From contig CAWBKB010000001.1 in NCBI GenBank assembly GCA_963789265.1, positions 1,024,001 to 1,088,000 of the forward strand: 64,000 nt of DNA, given 5' to 3'. Positions 54,469 to 64,000 of the stretch are shown here, piece by piece. The first letter of the stretch is position 1. Each line of letters starts with the position of its first letter. Position numbers and translations under genes: made by a program. Origin of the DNA: an uncultured delta proteobacterium (GTDB lineage Bacteria > Desulfobacterota > Desulfomonilia > Desulfomonilales > Desulfomonilaceae). Under the pieces are notes generated by a model, which was not told the DNA's origin, made no database searches, and was given only the letters and a program-made list of their open reading frames with translations.

Positions 54469-55581
54469 CTAGTGAATCTTGGCAGTATTGGGTATCTCTT
54501 CCTCACTGACCTTCCGAACATGGCCTCTGAATATGACGAAGTTGGTGAGGACGAGTTTGTCCTTCTTCGACGGATGAAGGGAACGTATACTAAAGCCCGG
54601 CTTTCCCTCGAAGTGGAAATTGGTTACAGGTAGCACTCCGCTGATGGGTAATTGCCAGTTTATCGCACGCCGTTTGAGCTTTGTCGACCATGTCATGAAA
54701 TAGAGTTTCGTATAGTCGCAGCCAGGGTCTTTTCCTATGGGCGCGTAAGCCACGATATAATTGTTCTTGGCGCCTTGATCCGGATCGTCTATGCTGCTCA
54801 CGGTTCTCCAGCCCATCATGCGCATGAAGGGAACAGCTCTAGCTATGTCTTCCGGAGGGGTGAGCCGCATGTTGTGTGTGTAGATATATCCAATCCTCCC
54901 ATCTTCGATCTTCACCTTGTACCACACATCCTTTTTCAACTGGTCGTCCGACACGTCGTCCAGCGCTGACGCATCATCTTCCAAGGATAAACTCTGGCTC
55001 CCCGGCATGCCTCTCGGCGCCATCTTCTTTGCCGGAGAGTTGGGCCGCCTCAAAGAAACTACTCGCTCATAAAGTTCGAATTTCTTACCCGGGGGTAAAA
55101 CCTCGATGACCTTGTATTGGCGGCCGGGTTCCAATCTAAAATTCGCTTTGGTGTGGATAACACCCTCAGCCTGGGGTGGCACTCCCTCGATAGAGCGTCT
55201 CAGTTCTTGTGTCTTCTCAATGATTTCTTGTCCACCTACGATCTTCCGATTAAGGAAACCCTCCCTGCCCTCTCGCGTACGGGCACGATAGTATTCTCCC
55301 ACTCTGTCCAAGAGATGAACGGAGGTGTCGGCAGGCAACTTGATGATCACCGGCGAATTCTCATTCGCGGTCTCATATAGTGTGGCGGTTCGTATGGTGA
55401 TCCCGTCTCGCGGGGTGAATGGTCTCTTCTTCTTGAGTATCCTGCTCTGGGCCAACTTCCAGAGTTCTCTCTTGAGAGTGTCAACCTCCTGGCACCCCGA
55501 AGCCGACAGCCAGCAAGCGCCCAAGAGGACGATCAGGACGTAGAATCCGACGGTGCGCGTTTTCTTGTGTGCAAAATCCAT
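54469..55581 (-). CDS. SH3b-domain putative lipoprotein
   Basis: Lipobox-like ASGC; two SH3_3-like segments (YYRARTREGREGFL; WYKVKIEDGRIGYIY). Confidence 0.7.
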   Translation of the reverse strand: MDFAHKKTRTVGFYVLIVLLGACWLSASGCQEVDTLKRELWKLAQSRILKKKRPFTPRDGITIRTATLYETANENSPVIIKLPADTSVHLLDRVGEYYRARTREGREGFLNRKIVGGQEIIEKTQELRRSIEGVPPQAEGVIHTKANFRLEPGRQYKVIEVLPPGKKFELYERVVSLRRPNSPAKKMAPRGMPGSQSLSLEDDASALDDVSDDQLKKDVWYKVKIEDGRIGYIYTHNMRLTPPEDIARAVPFMRMMGWRTVSSIDDPDQGAKNNYIVAYAPIGKDPGCDYTKLYFMTWSTKLKRRAINWQLPISGVLPVTNFHFEGKPGFSIRSLHPSKKDKLVLTNFVIFRGHVRKVSEEEIPNTAKIH

Positions 55582-55724
55582 ACGTATGGCCTCCGCAGCC
55601 CTTCCGAGACGCCTGAGTTTATATCATCTGCCTACACGGTAAATCAACATGCTGCTCGCCCTCGTCTCTGAAGGACAGGTTGTCCGACCCCATAGACCCT
55701 TTCCTAATTCGTGCATAGAGTGTT

Positions 55725-55739
55725 TGGCGCGCGATTGCA
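55725..55739 (+). promoter_or_regulatory. Putative sigma54 (-24/-12) promoter of the PP2C-FHA operon
   Basis: TGGCGCGCGATTGCA fits TGGCACRNNNTTGCW with exact GG/GC spacing. Confidence 0.45.
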
Positions 55740-55958
55740 ACGTTTTCAACGGGCTTTTCTCCTCTTTGGTACCGTCTGCTCGGCAGCGTTTCGCAACACG
55801 AACCTGGAAGTCTCATGATAGTTCTTGATTTTCTTGCTGAAATCAGTTAGATCTTCAGCTAGTCAAGCAACTGTAGTGAGTCAGGATGCAGGAGGCCAAA
55901 AGACAGGAAATGGGGTTCAGGTTCATGCCGACATCGTTCGCTGGTAGCGGGAGGCCTT

Positions 55959-56855
55959 GTGATCATTGAAGTCTGGGCCAAGACCGATGTCGGAAAACAG
56001 CGAAGCACCAATGAGGATTCTCACTGCGTTGATCGTGACCGCGATCTTATCCTCGTCCTCGACGGCATGGGTGGCCATCGAGCGGGGGAAGTCGCTTCGA
56101 GCTTGGCAGCAGATGCTATTTCCTCGTTTTACAAGAAGTATTGCGACGGTCCCGTCAACAGTCCCGACATTTTCGACAACTATGATCATCGTTTCACCTA
56201 TCACACGAACCTGCTCAGACAGGCCGCGTTCATAGCCAATCGGGTGATTTTGGAAAGATCTCTTGAAAATCCGGAGCTTGTCGGCATGGGCAGTACGCTC
56301 GCGGGGATGAGTATACACGATTTCACTATTTCTCTGGTCAACGTTGGTGACACTAGGATGTACCTTGTCAGGAACGGCGTAATGGAGCAGATCTCCAAGG
56401 ATCATACGCTTGCAGAGGATCAGGTGGAACGCGGAATAATGACCCGTGATGAGGTCCAGGATTCACAATTGAGACATATTCTGTCGTCCGTGATCGGGGT
56501 GGATCCCCGGATAAGAGTCCACATGGATGAATTAACGGTATTCCCCGGCGACATGTTTCTTCTCTGCACTGACGGCCTTACCTCGGTTATGAATGACCCG
56601 GAAATTCTACAGGAAATTCTCGCGGACAAGCCGGGCCCCGAGACTCTGGATCGTCTGATTAACGAAGTGAATCGAAGGGGTGGTCCTGATAACACTACAG
56701 TTGCGCTGGCTGCCTTCTCGGAGGAACCTCCGCGGGCGCAAAAGTCCAAGCTGCCGTCCCTTATTGCAAGGGCCTGGGAAATGTTCAAGGGTCGCAAACA
56801 TGACGTTTCAAAAGCAAGACCCCTTGGAGGATACCCATGTTCAAGCTCGTCCTGA
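55959..56855 (+). CDS. PP2C/PPM Ser/Thr phosphatase (Stp1-like)
   Basis: TDVGKQRSTNEDS, DGMGGHRAGEVAS, GMGSTL, NVGDTR.Y, LLCTDGL, GGPDNTT. Confidence 0.93.
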   Translation: MIIEVWAKTDVGKQRSTNEDSHCVDRDRDLILVLDGMGGHRAGEVASSLAADAISSFYKKYCDGPVNSPDIFDNYDHRFTYHTNLLRQAAFIANRVILERSLENPELVGMGSTLAGMSIHDFTISLVNVGDTRMYLVRNGVMEQISKDHTLAEDQVERGIMTRDEVQDSQLRHILSSVIGVDPRIRVHMDELTVFPGDMFLLCTDGLTSVMNDPEILQEILADKPGPETLDRLINEVNRRGGPDNTTVALAAFSEEPPRAQKSKLPSLIARAWEMFKGRKHDVSKARPLGGYPCSSSS

Positions 56856-57607
56856 AGTTTCAGGATAATGTTCTCCAGGAGTACACATTCGACACGACTC
56901 CTGTCACCATCGGCAGACGCGAAGATAACGATGTCACTATCGACAACATGGCTGTGTCGGGCCATCACGCGCAAATCGAAGAAGAAGAGCCGAACTATTA
57001 TGTTCTTGTAGATCTCGAATCTCTAAACGGTACTTTCTTAAATGAGAAGAAAGTCATGCGCGAAAGGATCTTTGATGGTGACTCTATCATCATAGGTAAA
57101 CATTTTCTCGATTTTGTTGACCTTCGTCCGGAGGATGAGCAGCCGTCCAGAGCAGGATCGTCGGAAGACCGGGGCTTTGCGGGCCGCTCGTTTCGCGACA
57201 CTGTCATTCTCGATACCCAAGCCCAGCAGGAGTTACTCGCCAAACAAGCGGCAGATAAAGGGTTTTCGCAGGATCGACCACCGGAAAAACCCAAGAAAGT
57301 TGAACTGTATGGGTCTGTGACAATCATATCCGGCGGCACCCCGCAGATCATTGATCTCAACAAACGTCTCACTACATGCGGCAAATCAAGCAATTCGGAT
57401 GTCAGGTGTTCCGGACTCCTCGTGGGAAAGACCGCAGCCTTAATCAACAAGAGACCTAACGGTTTCTTCTTAGCCTATGCAGAAGGGCTGAAGAAGCCGG
57501 AAGTCAACGGTAGAGTGGTCACCACGCAGGTGCAACTCCAGGATGGAGATGAAATTATCATTGGAAGCACCCGTATGACATTCAACCTTCGAGAAGAAAT
57601 ATCCTGA
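56837..57607 (+). CDS. Dual FHA-domain protein
   Basis: TIGRREDNDV..AVSGHHA..DLESLNGTFLN (intact FHA); second degenerate FHA (VNG..LQDGDEIIIG). Confidence 0.9.
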   Translation: MFKLVLKFQDNVLQEYTFDTTPVTIGRREDNDVTIDNMAVSGHHAQIEEEEPNYYVLVDLESLNGTFLNEKKVMRERIFDGDSIIIGKHFLDFVDLRPEDEQPSRAGSSEDRGFAGRSFRDTVILDTQAQQELLAKQAADKGFSQDRPPEKPKKVELYGSVTIISGGTPQIIDLNKRLTTCGKSSNSDVRCSGLLVGKTAALINKRPNGFFLAYAEGLKKPEVNGRVVTTQVQLQDGDEIIIGSTRMTFNLREEIS

Positions 57608-57832
57608 ATCCTGTTCCAAAGGCCGCCGGTCTGTTCTTCCCTAGATCACCTTCGACGCCTCCCCACAGGGTGAGCCATATAAGTTGTCAAAAATAAAGAC
57701 CTATATCGCACGGGCCTTAGTGGAGCCCCAGCCGGAACGCCGAGTTCCTCATCCGTAAGTCGGCGGAGATCTTCGAAAACCGCGATATTCGATGTGCAAG
57801 ACGCGTCGTTGGATCAGGACCCGGGAATCGCG

Positions 57833-59206
57833 CTAAAGTTTTGTGTTAATAATTCGTGAATTTCTCCTCCTCATGGACTTCCTGAGTGAACGCGTCCTGA
57901 GTGTAAGGCTGAACATCAGTAACAGGCCCACTGCTACCATAGCCAAACCCAGGAGCTGCCAGAAAGCCAGGCCGGCCTTTCTTCCCATCTGACCCCCCGA
58001 CTGTGATGCCCGGACGGCGTCATTCTTTTGTTCTTTGCCCAGCCTGACGTTCGAGGAGGTTGATACTATCTTGGCGAGTTTGGCCGGGGATGCACCGGGG
58101 TTCGACTCTGCCGATTCTGCTGAGGGGTTGTCGTAGAACAGCTTGTACTCAAGGCCGCGGTGATACTCAAAGATTGCCATACGCATAGTACCGGCTGCCT
58201 CAAGCCTCTCGACCTGCACCGGGGTCCGGCTGCCCCCGTAAAGTTCCATCGAAATGTACCTGAAAGGTTCCGCATTGGTTCGCACTTGCAGGACTTCGTT
58301 AACGGCATCTTCCTTGCGGAGTCGGAATACGGTTCCTTCATAGATTTTCTTCCATGCCTTCGGTGTGAGCTTGGATGCGCCCTGCAACCGAATTCTTTTC
58401 ACGAACTCCTTGGCAGGGGTGAAAAAACCCACCTGCGTGATAGAAAGCCGCTTTTCTCCCAGGTCCGCAATTATCCTTGTTGAACCCAACTCCGTCTGAG
58501 TGCGGTTCTCCAGAATCCGGACATCGAGGGGCTTTGTCAAAGGCGTGTGCGGGTCCGGCGGACAGCATTGGATAGAGTCTAACTTCAAAGGCGGTTGATC
58601 TCCGTCCAAAATTCGGAGATAGATGTACTGGAAATTATTGAGAGGATGCGTCAATTTGAGGCTAGTTAACGGAATTGGTCCTGCCAGGTTCGCAATCAGC
58701 CCGTCCATACGGATTACGTACGCATCTCGGACGTTGTCGGAACCTCTTATTTCAACCTTCCGCACGAAATTCTTCGAGTGAGTCCCGATAATAATGCCAC
58801 TGGTCAAAATCTTGCCAGTCTTGTCGATTGCAATGTCGGTCCATTTGCCTGCCGTCCTGGCCACACGGAATATCTGAGCCGGAAACGGCTTGGCTACATT
58901 AACCGACGCGGGATCCGTAATCGTGACGAGGGCCGACATACCATTCGAAGACACCACACGCAGGTCACCCAGATCCGGTCGAGATTTATCTATGACGCTC
59001 GGCTCCAGAACCACCCCTGCCGGCCCATCGGGCAGATCCGGTGTAACGCGGACTTCTCTGAACCTTTTCCAATGACTTGAGTCAAAATCGGCGTGGACCG
59101 TCATCCATGAGGACAAGACGGCCAAGATGATGACGATGACGGTAAAGCCTTTACAGTGCCGCCCGCCTCGCCGACAGCTTCTCAGAACCTGGTGCACCCT
59201 CGACAT
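57833..59206 (-). CDS. Hypothetical exported protein with a C-terminal TM (DUF3999-like)
   Basis: Signal peptide, SRPDLGDLRVV, VEIRGSDN, C-terminal TM and basic tail. Confidence 0.6.
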   Translation of the reverse strand: MSRVHQVLRSCRRGGRHCKGFTVIVIILAVLSSWMTVHADFDSSHWKRFREVRVTPDLPDGPAGVVLEPSVIDKSRPDLGDLRVVSSNGMSALVTITDPASVNVAKPFPAQIFRVARTAGKWTDIAIDKTGKILTSGIIIGTHSKNFVRKVEIRGSDNVRDAYVIRMDGLIANLAGPIPLTSLKLTHPLNNFQYIYLRILDGDQPPLKLDSIQCCPPDPHTPLTKPLDVRILENRTQTELGSTRIIADLGEKRLSITQVGFFTPAKEFVKRIRLQGASKLTPKAWKKIYEGTVFRLRKEDAVNEVLQVRTNAEPFRYISMELYGGSRTPVQVERLEAAGTMRMAIFEYHRGLEYKLFYDNPSAESAESNPGASPAKLAKIVSTSSNVRLGKEQKNDAVRASQSGGQMGRKAGLAFWQLLGLAMVAVGLLLMFSLTLRTRSLRKSMRRRNSRIINTKL

Positions 59207-59357
59207 GGGGACGGATTATATTATCCCGCGGCCTTGATATCAAGATATGATTACGGTTTTTGCATTTCATTCGGCCAATTTAATCAATGTGAAAAGATCG
59301 GCATGCTTTTGTTGACGTCGAACCTCATTGCCTGTTAACTGACTCTAAAACATCGAG

Positions 59358-62012
59358 ATGGAAATTATCACCACACACCTCAATGCCGACTTTGACGCTT
59401 TCGCGTCGATGGTTGCAGCCAAGAAGCTCTATCCGGGTGCCCTTGTGGCTTTTCCGGGCTCACAGGAAAAAAACCTCCGCGACTTTTTTATAGATTCCAC
59501 ATTGTACATTCTCTCGATAGAACGTGCCAAGGACATCGATCTGGAACAGGTGGATCGCCTCATTCTGGTTGACACTCGGCAAAGGAGCAGGATCGGGAGA
59601 TTCGCCGCGTTGGCCGATTCAGATGAGGTAGAGATTCACATCTACGACCATCATCCCGATTCCGAGGACGACGTAAAGGGGCAAGTGGAAATCGTTCGCG
59701 AGGTTGGAGCCACCGCAACGTTGATGATTCGCGAACTCCGGAATCGAGGGATTGAGCTTAATGCCGAGGAGGCCACGGTCCTGGCGTTGGGGATTTACGA
59801 AGATACCGGCTCCTTCACTTTTTCATCCACTACCAAAGATGACTTGGAAGCGGCGGCATGGCTGATGGCAAAAGGTGCAAACCTGAATATCATTTCGAAC
59901 ATGATGACCAGCGAGTGGAGTAAGGACCAAATCGAACTGCTCTACCAGCTCATTGAAGAGTCGGAAGTGGTCAATCTCGGAGGCATCGAGGTACTTGTGG
60001 CGACCGCGACTCAAGAAGGCTACGTCGGAGATCTTGCAATTCTCGTGCACAAGTACAAGGAAATGGAAAGTTTTGATGCCATATTTGCCATCGTTAGGAT
60101 GGATGACCGGATTCATCTGATCGCTCGGAGCAGCCTGGAAGAAGTCAATGCCGGAGAAATTGCAGCGGAGTTCGGCGGCGGCGGTCATCCCACCGCGGCG
60201 AGTGCCACGATAAGAGATCTGTCTCTTTATGAAGCGCGCGAAAAGCTCGTTGAATTCCTCCACGATAAGGTGCATCCAAAGCGAAAAGCGGGCGAAATCA
60301 TGAGCCGACCGGTCATTACCATCGGTCCCAGCCGGACGATCCGTGATGCGGCCAAATTTTTGAGCCGTTATCAGATCAGTTCTCTGCCGGTTGTGCGAGA
60401 CGGTTCCATATTGGGCATACTGCATCGAAATGCAGTGGATAAGGCCCTCCATCACGGCCTGGAGCTGGAACGCGTCTACGAATATATGAATCCGGGAGTG
60501 GTATTTGTTACTCCCGACGAGTCCATCGAGAAGGTCCTCCGCGTGACGTTGGAAGGCCGACATCGGCTTGTTCCTGTAATCGATGAGGGGAGGGTGGTCG
60601 GCGTAATCAGTCGCAGCGACCTGTTAGAGCATCTGAAGCTTCCTCGCCAGAGCGATTCCACGGGCCCGGAAGAATTTCCAGTCGGCCGGATGCGAGCCAA
60701 GAGTGTGCGCAGGTTGATGGAGGAACGATTTCCCGAGCGCGTAGCGGGCATTTTGCGCCAGGCCGGAGATGTCGCGGCAAAGCGAGGGGAAACTGCGTAC
60801 CTCGTAGGCGGTGCGGTGAGGGATCTTCTCCTGAGAAACTACAACTTGGACATTGATCTGGTGATAGAAGGGGAAGGCATTCCCTTCGCGCGGGAGTTGG
60901 CAAGAGAATTTCCAGGCTGCCGCGTGCAGGGCCATGACAAGTTCGGAACAGCCGTTCTCCTGTTTGCCGATGGATTCAAGATCGACGTTGCCACGGCTCG
61001 GCACGAGTATTACGCGAGACCGGGAGCCTTGCCCACGGTGGAGACGAGTTCTATAAAAAGAGACTTGTACCGTCGAGACTTTACCATGAACACCCTGGCA
61101 GTGGCGCTAAATCCACGCACGTTCGGCCAGGTGATCGACTTTTTCGGGGGAGCTCGGGACATCAAGGAGAAAGTCATTCGCGTGCTTCACAATCTCGCCT
61201 TTGTTGAAGATCCCACGAGGATTCTTCGTGCGATCCGCTTCAGCGGCCGCTTTGGGTTCGCGATCGCCAAACACAGCCTCGGGCTGATGAGGGCAGCGCT
61301 CAGAATGCAGGTCTTCGACCGCGTGGAAGGCAAACGGCTCCTGAACGAACTGATCCATATACTCAACGAAAAGAACCGGGTCCCTTCCCTTGCTCTCATG
61401 ACTACATACGGAATCCCGCAAGCGCTGCACCCGTCACTGGACTTCAGTCTTAAGACTACAGAACTTGTCGAAGCCGTTGCAGGAGTTCTTTCGTGGTGGA
61501 AGTACCTCTTTCTGAAGGACAAACTGGAGTCATGGGTCGTCTACTTTCTTGCCCTCACAGATTCGTTGTCTGACGAAGAGTTCTTCGAAGTGATGAAACG
61601 GTTTTCGCTCGAGAGGTCAAGTGCAAAAGATCTGCTCGGCAAGCGCATCGAATTGAGGCAGGTTCTTGCCCTCTTCGCAAGAGGGCAGGTGGAACGGCCA
61701 AGCCAAATAGTGACATGCCTCCGGAAGTTGCCGATGGAAGGTTTACTATTCATGATGGCCAAAACCACCCGAGACGAGACAAGAAAGGCCATATCAGAGT
61801 ACATCACCGCCTTGAGAACCGTCACCCCTCTGCTTAGCGGTGCAGATCTGATTCAGATGGGATATTCCCCGGGGCCTGTTTTCACTTCCATACTGAGATC
61901 TTTGCGCGACGCCAAGCTGGATGGAATCATCTCTACAGAGAAAGAGGCACGGGAATTGGTTGCCAGACTGTTTCCTTGGCCCGTTTCCGACGAGGCCTCT
62001 CCCGGACGGTAA
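59358..62012 (+). CDS. DHH/DHHA1-CBS-class II tRNA nucleotidyltransferase (A-adding type)
   Basis: THLNADFDA, IYDHH, GGGGHPTAASA, two CBS domains, VGGAVRDLLL..DIDLV, DLYRRDFTMN, EDPTRILRA.RF. Confidence 0.92.
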   Translation: MEIITTHLNADFDAFASMVAAKKLYPGALVAFPGSQEKNLRDFFIDSTLYILSIERAKDIDLEQVDRLILVDTRQRSRIGRFAALADSDEVEIHIYDHHPDSEDDVKGQVEIVREVGATATLMIRELRNRGIELNAEEATVLALGIYEDTGSFTFSSTTKDDLEAAAWLMAKGANLNIISNMMTSEWSKDQIELLYQLIEESEVVNLGGIEVLVATATQEGYVGDLAILVHKYKEMESFDAIFAIVRMDDRIHLIARSSLEEVNAGEIAAEFGGGGHPTAASATIRDLSLYEAREKLVEFLHDKVHPKRKAGEIMSRPVITIGPSRTIRDAAKFLSRYQISSLPVVRDGSILGILHRNAVDKALHHGLELERVYEYMNPGVVFVTPDESIEKVLRVTLEGRHRLVPVIDEGRVVGVISRSDLLEHLKLPRQSDSTGPEEFPVGRMRAKSVRRLMEERFPERVAGILRQAGDVAAKRGETAYLVGGAVRDLLLRNYNLDIDLVIEGEGIPFARELAREFPGCRVQGHDKFGTAVLLFADGFKIDVATARHEYYARPGALPTVETSSIKRDLYRRDFTMNTLAVALNPRTFGQVIDFFGGARDIKEKVIRVLHNLAFVEDPTRILRAIRFSGRFGFAIAKHSLGLMRAALRMQVFDRVEGKRLLNELIHILNEKNRVPSLALMTTYGIPQALHPSLDFSLKTTELVEAVAGVLSWWKYLFLKDKLESWVVYFLALTDSLSDEEFFEVMKRFSLERSSAKDLLGKRIELRQVLALFARGQVERPSQIVTCLRKLPMEGLLFMMAKTTRDETRKAISEYITALRTVTPLLSGADLIQMGYSPGPVFTSILRSLRDAKLDGIISTEKEARELVARLFPWPVSDEASPGR

Positions 62013-62359
62013 TCATGCTGTCTGCTAAGGTTTGATTCGCCACGATGCAACGCTCACTCAGGTATTCACTATCGAGAAAATCGCGAAACTGCCGGGAAGA
62101 GGAAATCCTGATATGCCGACACGTGTTCAATTATGATATATGTGTTTATGCGCTGATGCGGCATCAGCGGGGAGAAACGGCAAAATTCACGATGCTGTCA
62201 ACAAGCAACCAGGAATCCCGGGGTTCGCGCGAGTCTTCGAATAAGTCGGGAAGACGCGAATTGCACGCGGATTCCTTCAAATGCCTTGAAAGGTTCCCGC
62301 AGCCACTTCTAAGCACTGCGACTTTCCGCGGACAACCCAAAAAAAGGCTGGAGGTTTGA

Positions 62360-63694
62360 ATGAAATCCGAGGGCGCGAAGCAAGTAAAGATGTTCGACAT
62401 CACCCTACGAGACGGCTCCCAAAGCAAAGTGGCCACTCGAGTAAAACTCGATGATTTGCTCAAAGTGGCCACCAAGCTTGCGGAAACTGGAATTTACGGA
62501 GCGGAAACCTGGGGGGGGGCTACTTTTGACGTATGCATTCGCTACCTGCGGGAAGATCCGTGGGAAAGGGCGCGCAGGCTTAAAGAGGCCCTTCCCAATG
62601 TCAAGAACATGATGCTCATTCGTGGGCAGAACCTGGTCGCGTATACCAATTTTTCCGATGATGTCGTCAACAAGTTCGTGCATGCCGCGGCCCGAAACGG
62701 AATAGATGTCTTCAGGATTTTTGACGCACTGGATGATATGAGGAACCATGAGGCTGTAATCGAAGCGGTCAAGGAAACGGGAAAAATCGCTGAGGGAGCA
62801 GTCTGTTTTACCATCAGCCCTGTTCATACAATAGAGAAATTCGTATCCAAGGCAAGACAACTGGAAGACAAGGGAGTGGATCAAATCTGTATTAAGGACA
62901 TGGCAGGTCTAATCGATCCACATACGACCTTTGAGCTTGTCACGAGCCTAAAGAAGGCAGTAAGCGTTCCAATTCACCTTCATACGCACGACAGTTGCGG
63001 TTTGGGTATGATGTCGGCTTTAAAAGCGGTAGAAGCCGGATGCGACATGCTCGACTCCGTTCTGAGTCCATTCTCGGGCGGCACCGGCCATCCGTGCACA
63101 GAATCGCTGGTCTACGCTCTCGGCCTTTTCGGGTACGAGACGGGCTGCGACCTGGCAAAGCTCACCGAGGCCGCAGAAGAAGCCAAAGGAGTCCGCGCGC
63201 TCTACAGCGAATTCGAGGCGCCTTACAATGGGGTGGACTGCCGGATGCTCGTAACTCAGATTCCCGGTGGAGTCATGTCTAATCTTACCAGCCAACTCAA
63301 ACTCCAAAACGCGCTCCCCAGGTTGGATGAGATCATTGAAGAGATACCGCGAGTCAGAGCAGATCTTGGATACATACCGCTGGTCACTCCCACTTCTCAG
63401 ATAGTGGTATCCCAGGCTACCTTCAACGTTCTCCTGGGCCGATACAAGATCATTGCGAACCATACTGCGAACCTCCTGAAAGGCATGTACGGGGAGACCC
63501 CGGCTCCGGTAAGCAAAGAGTTGCAGGAGAGAGTGCTGAAGGGAGAAAAGCCCATAACCGTGCGGCCCGCTGAACTCATTCCTCCGATGTGGCCGGACCT
63601 GGAAGCGAAATTTCCGAGCCTGACGGACGAGGAAATCCTCATACACGCAATCTTCCCTCATGAAGCGCCGGGATATTTCGCCGAAAAAAAGTAA
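62360..63694 (+). CDS. Pyruvate/oxaloacetate carboxyltransferase subunit lacking a biotinyl domain
   Basis: TLRDGSQS, WGGATFD..RYLREDPWER, IKDMAG, LHTH, QIPGG..SNL, LGYIPLVTPTSQIV; no AMKM domain. Confidence 0.9.
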   Translation: MKSEGAKQVKMFDITLRDGSQSKVATRVKLDDLLKVATKLAETGIYGAETWGGATFDVCIRYLREDPWERARRLKEALPNVKNMMLIRGQNLVAYTNFSDDVVNKFVHAAARNGIDVFRIFDALDDMRNHEAVIEAVKETGKIAEGAVCFTISPVHTIEKFVSKARQLEDKGVDQICIKDMAGLIDPHTTFELVTSLKKAVSVPIHLHTHDSCGLGMMSALKAVEAGCDMLDSVLSPFSGGTGHPCTESLVYALGLFGYETGCDLAKLTEAAEEAKGVRALYSEFEAPYNGVDCRMLVTQIPGGVMSNLTSQLKLQNALPRLDEIIEEIPRVRADLGYIPLVTPTSQIVVSQATFNVLLGRYKIIANHTANLLKGMYGETPAPVSKELQERVLKGEKPITVRPAELIPPMWPDLEAKFPSLTDEEILIHAIFPHEAPGYFAEKK

Positions 63695-63720
63695 CGTTGT
63701 CCGCCGGCAGGTGAAAGATT

Positions 63721-64000
63721 ATGAGTGAGATTAAACCTTTGCAGGATCGCCTCCATCCGGAGGCGCCAATACGCCATTGTTACGGATGCGGCGCGGATAA
63801 CGCAAACGGGCTCAAAATCAAAAGTTTCCTCGACGGGGACGAGGTTGTAACCACGTGGCGGGCTCAAGATCACCATTGCTCGTACCCGGGCTACCTCAAC
63901 GGCGGGGTTGCATGCACGCTAATTGATTGTCACTCTGCGTGGACTGTTTTCGCCCTGGAATGTCGCGACCAGGGGTTGGACATGGAACAGGAATCCGATC
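63721..64000 (+). CDS. PaaI/hotdog thioesterase family protein (3' end outside the window)
   Basis: MSEIKPLQD..HCYGCGADNANGLKIKS..HCSYPGYLNGGVACTLIDCH. Confidence 0.82.
   Translation, partial: MSEIKPLQDRLHPEAPIRHCYGCGADNANGLKIKSFLDGDEVVTTWRAQDHHCSYPGYLNGGVACTLIDCHSAWTVFALECRDQGLDMEQESD

Noticed and set aside
59823..61825. Long antisense ORFs (e.g. 59823..60563; similarly 52679..53407, 36909..37586, 63020..63661)
   Set aside because: Shadow frames opposite well-supported genes, with no motifs.

Overview
Chromosomal window from a GC-moderate bacterium. Gene content and order (recA-pilT, RpoH, DHH-CBS tRNA nucleotidyltransferase, DUF362/polyferredoxin pair) suggest a deltaproteobacterium, possibly Desulfomonile-like; this is inference. 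Housekeeping genes include comM/yifB, pilT, recA, gcvH, bioB, rpoH, trmL, alaS, a CCA-type nucleotidyltransferase and a carboxyltransferase. Four regions stand out. (1) 2.1-6.5 kb: a ~650 bp 5' duplication of comM brackets a toxin-antitoxin pair and a stand-alone class III nucleotidyl cyclase. (2) 13.2-24.3 kb: an RND efflux island lies between two co-oriented IS630 transposase remnants. It carries a duplicated promoter plus a putative 22-codon leader-peptide/attenuator module, two pseudogene relics and a solitary type I-C-like CRISPR repeat. (3) 33-35 kb: a second TA pair, an orphan DNA methyltransferase and nested REP/MITE-like repeats. (4) 39.5-57.6 kb: a signalling cluster centred on seven tandem genes sharing nine copies of an unnamed ~50-aa HTH-like module fused to PilZ, zinc-ribbon, ankyrin or TM domains. 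Beside it are a TPR/PilZ-like/Zn-ribbon Ser/Thr kinase, a PP2C, a dual-FHA protein and two regulators with a shared unusual PAS module. Five genes, including essential alaS, carry single-base +1 frameshifts that are most likely assembly errors. No rRNA, tRNA, cas genes or multi-repeat CRISPR array were recognised.
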